Source of the DNA: Octopus sinensis
Lineage: Eukaryota
DNA length: 64,000 nucleotides
Reading direction: 5' to 3'
Assembly (NCBI RefSeq): GCF_006345805.1
Contig: NC_043003.1
Span: 22,940,001-23,004,000, forward strand
The notes under the pieces are model-generated. The model was given only the letters and a program-made list of their open reading frames with translations, made no database searches and was not told the origin of the DNA. Every line of letters begins with the position of its first letter. The first letter of the stretch is position 1. The position numbers were made by a program, and so were the translations under genes. This document shows, piece by piece, positions 63,170 to 64,000 of the stretch.

Positions 63170-64000
63170 GACGGTGTCCACAAAGTCTGCGTACATGGGG
63201 ATTAACACATACTTTTAAAACAAAATAATTTTATTTAATTATAATGTTAATAAATAATATTTTCAAAGTGATTTCCATCATTTTCAATGCATAACTTGAT
63301 GCGCCTTGCAAAATTCAGGTGAACTTGATTAAATAAGTCTACATTGCCATCAATTTAAGCACACTGACTGGTAATGCGTTCTCTCATGTGTTTTAAATCT
63401 GTAATCTTTATTGAGTAAACTTTCTCTTTCAACATACCCCAGAAAAAGAAATCAAGGGGAGAAAGGTCTGGTGAACGAGGGGATCATTCCATATGACCCC
63501 TTCTTCCAATCTAGTGAGGAGGAAAAGTGTCATTGAATCAATCTCTAACAGTTGTGGCAAAATGGGTAGGGGCCCCATCCTGCTGAAACCAATTCGGAAG
63601 GCCCTCGCCTAGGCGCTCAATTTAAGATATTAATTTGTCTCTCAATATATTTGCATAAGTCTCATCCGTTACATGTTCAATGAAGAAGGGTCCTAGAACA
63701 TGAGCTTTCCAAAAACCACACCACACCATCACCTTTTTGCTGTCTTGCTGTTTGGATAGATCCATCCAATGTGGATTACCTCGAGACCAGTATAGAAGAT
63801 TCTGTCTGTTGACCTCACCATTTACATAAAACGTAGCTTTGTCACTGAACAACACAAAGTTTTTCATAAAATTGATATTTTCATCCAATTTATTCGTCTA
63901 TCAGGATCGTCTTAATTTAAGTGATGCAATATCTGTAGGTTGTATCGATGAAACTTTTCCTCAACCAGCATTTTGTGGATGGTTGGTTTTGGAACACCTA
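63170..64000 (-). mobile_element. Tc1/mariner DD41D (rosa/Visitor-type) transposon, continues past the window end
   Basis: TA then TIR GACGGTGTCCACAAAGTC; FSDKATF..NRQN..YWS; QQDG followed by 41 residues then PLDFFFWG; three stops at Trp-type codons. Confidence 0.9.

Overview
A eukaryotic, AT-rich, repeat-saturated window. It is most likely Octopus (vulgaris/sinensis-type), inferred from my recognition of its SINE families and extreme microsatellite load, not from a search. No complete protein-coding gene is recognisable, and most ORF-track entries are microsatellite translations. The window holds at least four tRNA-derived SINE families, including a dimer that inserted twice with its own TSDs. 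It also holds RTE, R4/Dong, L1/Tx1-like and CR1/Jockey-like LINE fragments; mariner, Tigger/pogo and DD41D transposons and MITEs; and several Helitrons, two with PIF1-helicase fragments. Other features are a 924-bp near-identical tandem duplication, a 2-kb trinucleotide mosaic and one 100-N gap. Most interesting: (1) short, probably Penelope-like, terminal repeats carrying minimal type-I hammerhead ribozyme motifs with palindromic stem III, best at 32392-32520, also 3663-3697, with A6U variants at 8.8 and 42.2 kb; (2) the TSD-flanked SINE dimer; (3) a (TAA)n tract hit by three different R4/Dong-like LINEs plus an unexplained non-coding element; (4) an inverted-repeat-bounded tRNA-like cassette at 54.7-55.3 kb; (5) a deleted mariner whose frame stays open through compensating lesions; (6) a speculative, phase-compatible chain of plus-strand exon candidates. 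All family assignments come from manual motif recognition and need Dfam/Repbase/Rfam/RNA-seq confirmation.
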